Source: Fistulifera solaris (Eukaryota). From it: a stretch of 64,000 nucleotides of DNA. The position numbers were made by a program, and so were the translations under genes. The DNA is taken from NCBI GenBank assembly GCA_030295235.1, contig AP026153.1, positions 372,001-436,000 of the forward strand, given 5' to 3'. The notes under the pieces were generated by a model. That model was not told the DNA's origin, did no database searches, and worked only from the letters and a program-made list of their open reading frames with translations. Shown here one piece after another: positions 36,570-48,515 of this stretch; within the stretch, counting starts at the first letter, position 1; the number at the start of each line of letters is the position of its first letter.

Positions 36570-39427
36570 TCAATACAAATCCACCCGACCCGACGAGAAC
36601 ACACGACGGTGCGCATGTTTCGCTTTGCCCGGGTGCGACGGTGAACGCAATTGCTCCATCGCGGGTTCGTACTCAAAGAGCAAATTGTTTTTCTCTAAGT
36701 GTCGAATTTGTTCCACGTCGGCTTTGAGAATGGCTTCGTCGTGATGCATCAGAATGACGCTACCAATTCCGGTAAATAGATCGATGGTGTAATCCACCTT
36801 GGTACCCGGCTTGACGCCCGTTTCTAGGTAAACAAAGGAAGGGAGTGTACGGATCGTGTCGAATCCCGGTGTGGATTTGACAGTGCCGCGCGCGTACGAA
36901 ACCAGAATGACTTCTTGGCCGGCCGCCTTGAAAGGACTCGGTGGGATACTGGGCAAGGTCAAGAACGCTTGCTTGTCTAAATAGGCATCGACAGAAGAAT
37001 CCACCTGAGAATGGCCGCCCGTTAATGCGCGACACAAAGGTCGCCAATTGCCATCGCCGCCATGTGCGCGGCAGTTCATTTCCACCAGACATGGACCATC
37101 AGGAGTCATCATGACTTCACCGTGCGATGGACCATTTTTGAATTCCAAAGCATCCAAAACTTTACGAACGTAAGGAATTAGAATCTTTGCTTCGGGAGAA
37201 TCCGAGGGTACTGGGATCATTCCAAAGTAAACAAAAGCAGCTCCATTGGTCTCGCGTTTGTCGTAAACCCAAACCATGGACGTCTTGTGCACGCCGTCGC
37301 GAGAAACGTGATCCACGACGTATTCTTTCCCTCGAAGAAATTCCTGGCACAGAACAGCAGGACAGTCGCCGCCATTCACCAGCTGAGATTTCATTAACAC
37401 ATCAAAATGCTCTTTTGCTTCGTTGAAATCGTGACATAGCTTGACACCGTCGGAACCGGCACTCTCAGTAGGCTTTAGTACTACCGGATAGCTTTCGGTG
37501 CGCAAAAATGTTCCACTTCGGCAAACGTTGTACCCGCCGCTTGACGAATCGATCGCATGCCCTTGGCCGCAATCAGTTCTTGTTGAATCTTCTTGTCCCG
37601 GCGATTCGGGATACCCGTACCGTTTGAACGAACATTCATTCGTTCTGACAATTGATCCGCCAAGTCCACACCGGCCTCCCCACCAGCAATGCACGCGACA
37701 ACGCGAAGAGTTCCCGCTGCCTTTAGAACCATTTTTTCCGTATCGGCTACCCCTGTCTTCGGTTCTGTGACTTCGGCATGATACGTCAAAGACGTGCAGC
37801 TCAACGGAATGTGTTTCTTCATTTCTTCTGAAAAACCATCGGTCCACAGTGCGATCACTTTGTATCCTCGCTTAAAGATTTCTTCCGCCACCAAACATCC
37901 AGTGGAGTACGGGTCTACCACGACGACCACTTCCTTGGAGGCATCCACGGTCGTCATACGCCGTATCAGTCCGCCACGAAGTTCCGGACGATCGTTGGAC
38001 ATGTGACGCACCAAATTCGGTCCATCGGACGAAAAGGGGTATTGAATGATCTTGGGTTCCAAGATACTTGGCATGACGTATGAGTCGCCGCGAGGTCGTT
38101 TCAGCGCTTCCAGACGCGTTTCATAAGTAAAGAAGCCATTAATCTCTTCCAAGTACCGAATAAAATCCACATCCTTCTGTAATATCTGCGGGTCTTCGTG
38201 CATCAGAATAGCACTACCAATTCCCGTTACTAGATCCGTCGTGTAGTCAACATACGAGCCTTCTTTGATACCCGTTTCCAGATATACAAACGACGGCAAG
38301 CATCGAATCACATCGTACCCGGGAGTGCCTTTTACTTTTCCTTTCGAGTACGAGACCAGAATAACTTCTTGTCCAGCAGCTTTGAACGGACTCGGAGGTC
38401 GTTCCGGATACCGATGGAACGCTTCTTCATCGAGAAGGGCGTCGACAGCCCCTTCAACCTGCGAGAATCCTCCGGTCAAAGCACGACAGAGAGGCCGCCA
38501 GTTCCCATCTCCACCATGCGCACGACAGTTCATTTCTACCAAGCACGGACCATCTGCCGTCATCATGACTTCTCCATGGGAAGCTCCATTTTTGAACTCG
38601 AGTGCGTCCAAAACGGTTCGAACATAGGGGATCAAAATTTGGGCCTCCTCAGATTCACTATCCACGGGCAACATACCAAAATAGACAAAGGCGGATCCAT
38701 TCGCTTGCCGTTTGTCATACACCCATACCATGGTCGTCTTGTGTACGCCGTCACGTGAGACATGATCTACTACATACTCCTTTCCCCGCAAGAATTCTTG
38801 ACACAACACAGCCGGGCATTCTCCGCCATTGACCAACTGTGATTGCATCAATGTATGGAAATGTTCCACCGCTTCCTCGTACGTATGACACAGTTTAACG
38901 CCATCGGAACCAGCCGACTCGGTCGGTTTCAAGACGATCGGATACGGCTCGGTGCGCAAGAATTCTTCCACTTGACGCAATTCATCACCGGCCGCTTGAC
39001 GCACCGATCGCAAACCCGCCGCTTTGGCCAATTCTTGTTGTATTTTCTTGTCACGACGATTCGGAATGGCGGTGCCGTTGGTACGAACACCGAGTGCTTC
39101 CGATAAAGCATCCGCGAGGTCGACGCCGGCTTCTCCTCCCGCCAAGCATCCCACAATGGGCAAACCAGTGTGCAAGACGGCTTCTTTGGTTTGTTCCAGT
39201 GTCGCCTTTTCTTCAATGACATAATCGTACGTCAATTTTCCACAAGATATCGGAACATGAGCTTTCATTTCTTCCGAGAATCCTTTCGTCCAGAGGCAAA
39301 TCAGTCGATATCCTCGACGCAGGATTTCTTGGGCGACGAGACATCCGGTCGAATACGGATCGACAATGACGACGGCTTGCGGGTCTTCTAATTGCGTCAT
39401 GCCAGTTTCCATCGATTGCGGAGGCAT
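36570..39427 (-). CDS. Tandem double ATP-grasp protein A (L-amino-acid-ligase/DdaF/NikS-like modules; carnosine-synthase-like architecture); frameshift ~37505
   Basis: Two repeats of IVDPYSTG...AGGEAGVDLAD...RRDKKIQQ...LKPTESAGSDGV...QEFLRGKEYVVD...HGEVM...LVEMNCR.GG. No introns. Confidence 0.9.
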
Positions 39428-39942
39428 ATTTGTTGTTTCTCTTCAATAAGTTTGAATACAGATGACCGCAAGAAAGGCAATAAGAAAATGCAAAAAGCGA
39501 ACAACCGATATATTTTTGGCAGAAGATTTTGTTGTTGCGGTGTACTGTATTGCGTGGTTTGTTTGCGGAACCGGCGGACTGTAAGATTCGGTACTGATTA
39601 CTATAGAACGACTTTGTCGTAGCGAACATGTCACCACCACTCATTAGCAGCTGGTGAAAGTTCAACGATTGCCGCAGACGGAACGGATTGCAGGCGATGG
39701 AAGAAAAAGTGACGGAAAAAGTTCGGCACTTGTGCCAAGGGCCCGATCTGCAAGTGCAAGAACGAATGATTTCGAAAGAAGGTGTGAAGGCTTCGCCTCG
39801 TCACTCTTTGGAAGTCTCGAGCGAAGTTTAAGCTAAGGTTACAAGCACACGTAGCTCGTCTAGAGCCTGCAAAGAAAAAAAATTAACGTCAAAAAATCTT
39901 AAGAAAAACGATCTGAATATTTCTGTCCCGGCAACCTTAGCT

Positions 39943-42755
39943 TCAATACAAATCGATACGGCTAGCGGAAAAGAAGCATTGCTGGTTATGTTCGTCCCTC
40001 TTTTTGTGACCCAAGCTTTCCAAGGGATCCTCGTATTCAAACAACATATCATCCTTTTCCAATTGTCGAACTCTATCAGCATCTTGTCGTAAGATAGCAT
40101 CATCGCGATGCATTAAGATAACACTGCCGATACTGGTGACCAGATCGACGGTGTAATCCACCTTCGTGCCTGGCTTGACGCCTGTTTCCAGGTACACGAA
40201 CGATGGTAGCTTACGAATGATATCAAATCCGGGTGTCGATTTGACCACGCCACGCGTATACGAAACAAGAATCACTTCTTCGCCCGACGCTTTGAACGGA
40301 CTGGGAGGTATGTCCCGTAAGGCAGCGAAGGCGGCTCCGTCTAAGTACGAATCCACGGCGGCTTCCACTTGCGAATATCCGCCCGTGAGCGCCCGTGCGA
40401 GAGGACGCCAGTTGCCGTCGCCCCCGCGCGCCCGGCAATTCATTTCCACCAAGCATGGGCCATCCGGCGTCATCATAACCTCACCATGAGAGGGACCATT
40501 CTTCAGACCCAGTGCATCCAAAACTTTGCGAACATACGGGATCAGTATCTTTGCTTCGGGAGATTCCGAGTCAACGGCATAGCAGCCATAATACACAAAG
40601 GCAGCACCATTCGCTGGTCGCTTGTCATAGACCCAAATCATGGTTGTCTTGTGAACGCCATTGCGTGAAACGTGGTCAATGACATACTCCTTTCCACGCA
40701 GAAACTCTTGACATAAGACAGCCGGGCACTGACCACCATTCACCATCTGTGAGCGCATCAATAAATCAAAATGATCCTTGGCCTCGTTAAAATTGTGACA
40801 AAGTTTCACACCATCAGACCCGGCGCTTTCCGTAGGTTTCAAAACGACAGGATAGCTCTCGGTGCGCAAAAGTGTTCCACTTCAGCGAACGTTGTACCCG
40901 CTGCTTGACGGACCGATCGTAAACCACTGGCTGCGATCAGTTCTTGCTGGATCTTCTTGTCCCGTCGGTTGGGAATCTCGGTTCCGTTGGATCGCAATTG
41001 CAAGCGTTCCGAAAGCTTATCTGCGAGATCTACACCCGCCTCGCCTCCAGCAAGACAGGCAACTACGCGAAGAGCTCCAGCTGCCATCAATACAAGTTTC
41101 TGTGTCTCTCCCAGTCCTGTGGTCGCCTCCGTTACCTCGGCATGATACACAAGAGACGTACAACTCAAAGGAATATGTTTCTTCATCTCTTCCGAAAAGC
41201 CATCGGTCCAAAGTGCGATCACCTTGTATCCGCGTTTGTAGATTTCTTCCGCAATCAAGCAGCCCGTGGAATAAGGGTCTACCACAATAACGGCTTCTCG
41301 AGAGGCGTCGATCGTGGTCATTCGACGAATCATGGAACCCATGAGTTCTGGGCGATCATTGGACATGAGACGAACCAGGTTAGGACCTGATGCTGAGAAT
41401 GGGTAATGCGCGACACCGGACTCGGACAGACTTGGTAACGCCACTGACTCGGCCCGTGGGCGGCTCAGCTGTACCGCCACCGACTCGAAAACAAAAATTC
41501 CTTTGATCTCTTCCATGTAACGAATAAAGTTGACATCTTTCTCTAGGACTGCAGGGTCTTCATGCATAAGAATCACACTGCCGATCCCAGTGACTAAGTC
41601 AACCGTGTAGTCCACTTCGGATCCAATTTTAATACCTGTCTCGAGATAGACAAATGAAGGCAAACAGCGAATCATGTCATACCCTGGTGTTGCTCTGACC
41701 TTTCCTTTCGCGTAAGAGACCAGAATTACTTCTTGACCGGCTGCTTTGAACGGACTCGGAGGGCGTTCCGGGTATCGATTGAAGGCTTCTTCATCCAACA
41801 ATGCATCTGCCGCTCCTTCCACTTGGGAGAACCCTCCCGTCAAAGCACGACACAGAGGACGCCAATTACCGTCTCCGCCCCGAGCACGACAGTTCATTTC
41901 TACTAAACAAGGACCATCGCTGGTAATAATGACTTCGCCATGAGATGCACCATTCTTGAGACCCAAAGCATCCAGCACTTGGCGCACATAAGGGATAAGA
42001 ATCTTGGCCTCTTCTGACTCACTATCGACTGCATCACAACCAAAGTAGACAAAGGCAGCCCCATTGGCGGGTCGTTTGTCGTACACCCATACCATGGTCG
42101 TCTTGTGCACACCGTCGCGTGAGACATGATCGACGACATACTCTTTGCCTCGCAAGAATTCTTGACACAATACTGCCGGGCATTCTCCACCATTGACCAT
42201 TTGCGATCGCATCAATGTATGAAAGTGATCCACCGCTTCCTCGTACGTATGACACAGTTTGACACCATCGGAACCAGCCGACTCGGTCGGTTTCAAGACG
42301 ATCGGGTAAGGTTCCGTCTTCAGAAAGGCATCAACTTCCGCGAGTGTCGTTCCACCCGCTTGACGAACAGACCGCAAACCGGCTGCCGCAATTAACTCTT
42401 GCTGTACTTTCTTGTCACGACGATTCGGAATGGCGGTACCGTTCGTACGAAGACCGAGTGCTTCCGACAGGGCATCCGCCAGGTCGACTCCGGCTTCGCC
42501 TCCCGCAATACAGCCAATGATGTTCATGCCCGTGTCTAAAACGACCTGTTTCGTTTCTTGCAAAGTCTCTTGTTCGTCCAGAGTATAAACATACGTCAAG
42601 TTCTCACACGACATGGGGACATGTTGTTTCATTTCTTCCGAAAAGCCCTTCGTCCAGAGACAAATGATTTCGTTGCCTCGGCGACTGATTTCTTGTGCGA
42701 CCAGACATCCTGTGGAATAAGGATCGACAATAATCACAGTCGGTGTACTGTTCAT
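39943..42755 (-). CDS. Tandem double ATP-grasp protein B, paralog of A; frameshift ~40869 (ORF is open upstream to ATG 42959)
   Basis: Same two-module layout and motifs as gene A; both end in R(V/I)DLY*. Confidence 0.9.
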
Positions 42756-43310
42756 TCTAAATAATTTATTGGACGAGAAAGAAGGAACGGATTTGAAGCT
42801 AGGATGAGATGATGCCCTATATAGCTGCGAGATTTTGGAGTATAACGTCAGGAACGCAATGCGTATTAAAACATCGGCACATATCATTCGAACTCGAACT
42901 TCCGAAAAGCGAAGAAAACGAAAACTCCGCCGTTGGGTCTGTTTCATCAAGATTCGCATTACGAATCATAGTGACAAAGTCGTAGCGGTTCCGGAATGCA
43001 GCTAGTATAGTATAAGAAGTAGTCTTGAGCACCAAGCATAAAAAGTCGTATCGGTACCTAGCTATGCCTATTTACCTTTAGAGTCCAAACCGTCGAAGCT
43101 GATTGGCTAAAGGGAGCATATCTATAAAGCGCGCTAAAAAGAAAAATGAAACGGGAAACGAAGACGTACAAGTTGTAAACATGTGTGCTCTTGTCGCATT
43201 ATTACTGGTATCGTTGTCGTTGATGATTGATAATTATAGTCCTTTACTCTGCTGATAATAGTCCCCGAAAACATCATTTTACTGTATTCTCTGTAAAAGT
43301 ATCGCATAAC

Positions 43311-44866
43311 ATGAGCCATTCACAAGAAAAGGGTCCTCTTTTGAAGCTGGTTCCCCAGAAACGCCTCTCCGCAGCTCAAAAGGCATTTCGACTCAAGAAA
43401 GACGATGAACTGTTCCCCGTTTACCAATTGTTGCGAGAGCCGTGTGACTTCGACGAACTAAACTTGCAAGAAGATAGCAAGCTTACTATCTGGCGAAGAA
43501 ACGGCACAATGATTCGTATTGGTCCTTGTTCTTTTCGGAAATACCAGGTACGAGAATTGGCGTTTTGGATCAACGGTATCCTCTGTACGATTTACGGCAC
43601 AAAGGATGCTTCCATTGCGGACACGGCAACTTTCTTCTGGTCGCTCAAGCGTCAAGGAGAAGGAGGATTGTGTATCGCAAAAACCGAGAAATTTAGTTTC
43701 TCAGCAATCCCGGTCGAGCAACTTGCTCAAGCGTTGGATGCAAATCCAGAGCAGTACCTCAACGTGAGCGCAGGGGTCTGGAACGCATCACAGTCGGTTG
43801 TTCTGGCTAGCCGACCGTATCCCTTAGATCTCAGTATAAATGGGCAATACTTTTCTTTCGAAGACATGGGAACCGCATTTGTTGCCGCCTTGAAGAAACG
43901 ACAAACCTCATTATTTGGCTCTCTTTGTATTGAACGGGTATGTGGATACGAACCCATGCCTCTTAGTCCCTACAATCAGCGGCGTCTACTCCAATTGGAG
44001 GTTTTCGAATCGCTCGACCTAAAGTTTCTGAACGACGAGGGGCTCAATTTCCTACCTTTGCTGCCAAGGTGGATTGGCTCACTTATGAGTTTTACACCAG
44101 TGGATTCCAGCCAGAAGCTTTCGGTTCGCTCGACATTGCGGCGAAAAATCTTCATTTAGAAATGTACTTCAGCAATGACAATGCCGACTGGGATGCGATT
44201 TTGATTACGTTCTTAAATCGCGTGGCCGAGTTGGGCCATTTTGAGACGCTAAAGATTTTGCCACGCTGGGATCATAAGGGTTCGTGGTTCAATAAATTCA
44301 GAGATATTGCGTCTATCGCAAAAGCAATGATTCGAGTCTTAAATGGCAATCCATTTCTTTCTGATTTCCGTGTTGGTAGCTGTGAAGAACGTATAGATTT
44401 GACAAGCCACTTGGTTGCTATTTTCGAGGCAATGGAGGAGCACAAAGCCTTAGAGAAATTTACCGTCGATGCCATGTATCGATGGGGACCAGAATATGAC
44501 GCTGCTTGTGAAGCGCTGGGGCGGCTCCTTTCACGTAATCGCAATATCACGGTCTATGACAAAACGGATAAGCGATGCTCGAATGGACCCAAAATTGACC
44601 GATTGTATGCGCTAAACGCCTTCTATAGCGGTTCAGCAGCACTGGTCAAAGAATCGATCGAAAATCGACCGCCGCTGGTGACTACGGCTTTGTTGGAAAG
44701 AGCTGCGGAGAACTTTCAGTACACAGTGCTTTTGTTGTCGAACCATACCGACTTGCTCTGCGAGTTTGTGAGTGAAATAGATTTGAATCACGTTACCGCG
44801 TTGATACGTACGATGGATCAGCCCCCGCATGCTGCTGCCAAGAAACCCGCACGCACGGAAATGTGA
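43311..44866 (+). CDS. Lineage-expanded RNI/LRR-like hypothetical family, copy 4; frameshift ~44050-44060
   Basis: LLKLVP, YQLLREP, WRRNGT, ADTATFFWSL, LASRPYPL, GTAFVAAL, RVAELGHFE, LLSRNRNITV, IDRLYALN. Confidence 0.78.
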
Positions 44867-45221
44867 TTCTTTTCGTACCGATAGCTTTTATATTTCACTT
44901 ATAGTGTGCATAATATGTCAAGCGTACGCTAGTAACAATTTCAGTACCATCTTAGAAAACTAGTCAGGGTTTAGCAGGAAAAAACTATCAAAGATTTAGT
45001 TCCGATGTACTTGAATGCGTTTTTTGGGGTGAAGCTTCGTCTTGTTCGAGGCAATCCTAGCCAGGGTACCGCTACGATAAACGAAGCTGCACCCGTCGAA
45101 ATCTGCCGCCGTTTGATAATCTTCGCGTTTTATAATACAAAAAGGAACGCCCTTTTGCAATATTATTATCACTCATTATAGACTAAGCAAGAAAGCAAGC
45201 TGCAACGAGTTATTGTATAAT

Positions 45222-46569
45222 ATGTCAGGCGGCGGCGATTCGACGGCGCACAAATCGTGCAGTCTCACGGAAACCATCATCTTTTTACTTGCGATTGTCT
45301 CCCGGAACGGCGTGCTCGATTTGCAGCAAAACGATGATGGAACAACACGCGATTGGGATGGATGGAGATTACGAAAAATTTGAAAAACCTTTATTTCAGA
45401 CACTAGGAATGTTCATTGGAATGATTGCGGGTTTGTTTATGCACGCCATTGTCATGTATTGGAAGATTCCGTTTCCGGGGTATGTCTTTCCGTCCAGCGC
45501 CCCTCCGAATGGTGCGGCCCCCACCGAAAAGGATCGTCTTTTGAAGCAATTGCCGACTCTGGAAGCACCAGAGACCCAGGTGGTACCGGTCTGGATGTAT
45601 TTCTTTCTCATCATTCCGGCAATTTTCGATTTAGGGGCCACGGCACTGTGCATGATGGGATTGCGATACTTGGATGTGAGCATCTATCAAATGCTCCGCG
45701 GCAGTGGCATTATTTTTGTTGCTCTCATGAAGCAGCATGTGTTGAAAGATCGTCTGTACAATTTCCAGTGGCTCGGTGTCTTTTGGAACGTCGTCAGTGT
45801 CCTGTTGGTGGGAGGGACGGCTTTATTGAATTCTTCTGACGAATCAACATCCAATGTGGACCCTGGAAAAGCCATGCTGGGTTTGGGACTGGTACTCACG
45901 GGAGCATTCGTACAAGCATTGCAGTTTGTGTTTGAGGAAAAAGTCATGACGATGGATGTTCCTTCGCCTCCGTTATTGCTAATCGGAATGGAAGGTTTGT
46001 GGGGGACCCTTCTGTCGTTGTGTGTGCTGTACCCCGTTGCCTACTACTTGCCGGGAGATGACCATGGCTCGTACGAAAACCCGTTCAATACATGGTACAT
46101 GCTGGTCAACTCGACCGATCTTCAGATTTGGTTCTTTGTTTACTTCTTTGCCATTTTCGGTTATAATCTCTTCGCTGTCCTCGTCACGTTCTTGCTCAAC
46201 AGCGTATGGCATGCCATTCTGGACAATTTTCGTCCCATCACCGTTTGGGGTACCGATATGTTTATCTTTTATTTCATTTCGGCTCAGTTTGGAGAGACCT
46301 GGACCCCGTATAGTTGGATTCAATTGGTGGGGATGGCGGTCCTCTTGTACGGAACGGCAATTTACAACGCTCCCAATTCAGGGAGCTTGCGTTTGGAAGG
46401 CGGACCCGAGGGTTGCTGTCTCAACTTCCGTGACGAATACGAAGACATTGAACGGCGCTTGGAAGACGAGCGGTTGCATGCCGAATGGCTCAATCGCAAA
46501 ATGTCGTTTGCGGAGAAACGTCTCACCGGGTCGTTCGCAGGAGAGTGGTTGGGAAGCACACGCTTATAA
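45222..46569 (+). CDS. SLC35F6-like / nucleotide-sugar transporter (DMT superfamily); frameshift ~45300
   Basis: FEKPLFQTLGMF, PAIFDL.AT, SIYQMLRGS.IIF, ALQFVFEEK, IGMEGLWG, ILDNFRPITVW; about 10 transmembrane segments. Confidence 0.85.
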
Positions 46570-46818
46570 ACAGAGTTGTTTGAAATCTTCTCACAAAAGG
46601 CTAAGTTAAGTTTACTTAGATGATGCTATTGCATTGCATATACGGTGTGCGCGTCAATTCTACAGATTACTTCACAACGAAGCTATGACCTGAGCATTCA
46701 GGGCTTCGTTCGAAGATCTTACAATCGGACTCATTTCCCCATTATCGCTTGGACATAGCTTAGACGGGCTTTTCGTGGCTGACTCTTTAGTCTATACGGC
46801 AATAAACTCCAAGGGATA

Positions 46819-47985
46819 TCATGCTGCATCCAAAAGCACCTTTTGAGCAACTTGTCTTCCAGACAAAATGGCGCCATGCACAGACGCAAAATGCGGTTCA
46901 TTTAAATAAGCACCGGCGAAATAAATTTTCTCATCGACTGGCTGCAAAATTGTTCCTTGGTCAAATGGAGGAGTATATCCTGCTTCCCACGACTCTTCAA
47001 TGAACGGCTCCTTTGACCAGTTTTGTACGCGGTGTTGGATATAATGCTCGCTGGCCTTCCCACGAAAAATGGTGTCGAGCTCTTCCATGTGAAACTCAAA
47101 CAACTCCTCGTCACTCAACTTGATCAGATCTCTCGTTTCCGCTCCCCCAGCTGACAGCATAGTCAATACGTTCCTTCCGGTTGGCTTTTCGAAGACACCA
47201 TCGAAATAGATTCGATAGGAATCAAGGATGGTATAATCCTTGTAAAACTGCTCGTCGAATTCAAACCATATTTTGAAACCTTCGTACGGTACCACCTTGT
47301 CTATTTCTGTCGTTTTCGCAGTAGGAAGATCCGGCTCAAATTCAATTCTTCCATTTTTTAACATGGTCGGAGGAACGGCAAGTATTACTTTGTCTGCCTC
47401 CACGGTATCACCGGAAGCGGTTGTAACTTGTATCTTAGCGCCTGTGTAATCAATTGTTGTCACAGGTGTATTCAACTGCACACGGTCCTGAACGTACGTG
47501 TACATATAGTCATTAAGGTAGGATTTCCATGTTGTGCTTTTGAATTTCCACTCTCGATAGAAAAGCCAGCGTAGCGGCAAAGGCACTTTGACACGATCAC
47601 CAAGAACCTGACGGTATCTGGTGGGTCGATAGACGATGGTTTCCTCGGTTACGGTATCATTAAACAATATCATATCTTGCAATATACGCGGATGCGTATG
47701 AATCCACTCGGCCCCTAAATCAAGAGGTATGTCGATGAAATCATCCATTTCCTGAACTCGACCACCAAATTCCGCCTTCGCCTCGAGTATCTGATAATTA
47801 CGGAAGCCCAGATATTCCAGTGTATAAGCAGCCGAAATTCCCGCTGGGCCGGCACCTATGATTATGATGCTGCCCTCGTAGTCTGTCGCCTCCACTTCCA
47901 GTGGCGGAACCTCACTGTACCAGCCATTTTTCCATAGAAAGGCGTCAAAGGTGCACCACAAAATAAGGAAGAAGGGTATAAACAT
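46819..47985 (-). CDS. Flavin-containing amine oxidase (MAO/PAO family), signal peptide, copy 1
   Basis: IIIIGAGPAGISAA, LEA...GGRV, DLGAEWIH, IYFAGA, SVHGAILSG. Intronless. Confidence 0.9.
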   Translation of the reverse strand: MFIPFFLILWCTFDAFLWKNGWYSEVPPLEVEATDYEGSIIIIGAGPAGISAAYTLEYLGFRNYQILEAKAEFGGRVQEMDDFIDIPLDLGAEWIHTHPRILQDMILFNDTVTEETIVYRPTRYRQVLGDRVKVPLPLRWLFYREWKFKSTTWKSYLNDYMYTYVQDRVQLNTPVTTIDYTGAKIQVTTASGDTVEADKVILAVPPTMLKNGRIEFEPDLPTAKTTEIDKVVPYEGFKIWFEFDEQFYKDYTILDSYRIYFDGVFEKPTGRNVLTMLSAGGAETRDLIKLSDEELFEFHMEELDTIFRGKASEHYIQHRVQNWSKEPFIEESWEAGYTPPFDQGTILQPVDEKIYFAGAYLNEPHFASVHGAILSGRQVAQKVLLDAA

Positions 47986-48515
47986 CTAGATAACTATCAA
48001 GTGGCTCGACGACCTTTCTCGAGATAATATTCTCTATTTGTTTGGTTTCTAAATCCAGTTGGTTGCCGATCAAATAGGTTTAAGTTTGCGTTCAAGAACG
48101 AGTTCGCGCTTTTGCGGTCTTGTTGGAGATGCGAGATGCGAGGCGCGCACCTTTATGTCCCTTTTCTACAGTTAAAGCCTCAACAATTTCAAAATTTGAA
48201 AAGCTAGTGCATCGCGCTCAATAGTCAGCAGTCATTAGGCCCTTTTGAATTATCTTTGTGTGAACATTATCGTCAAGTGTCTCTCCTTTATGACGTTTCG
48301 TCATATAGTTGCGACTTTTGCGACCAAAAAGACCTCGAAAAGTCGTCACTCCGTTATTCTTGTTGCAAAGCAATAGCATTGCAATAACGTTTGCAGCACG
48401 ACCTTTATAAAAACGGCGAAGCATAATAACGACCGCCAGATGAATTAAAAGTCAACGGAACCATATTAATTGCAAAAACTTTGTGGGAATCACGCCAAGC
48501 CGCAGAGAAGAGTCC

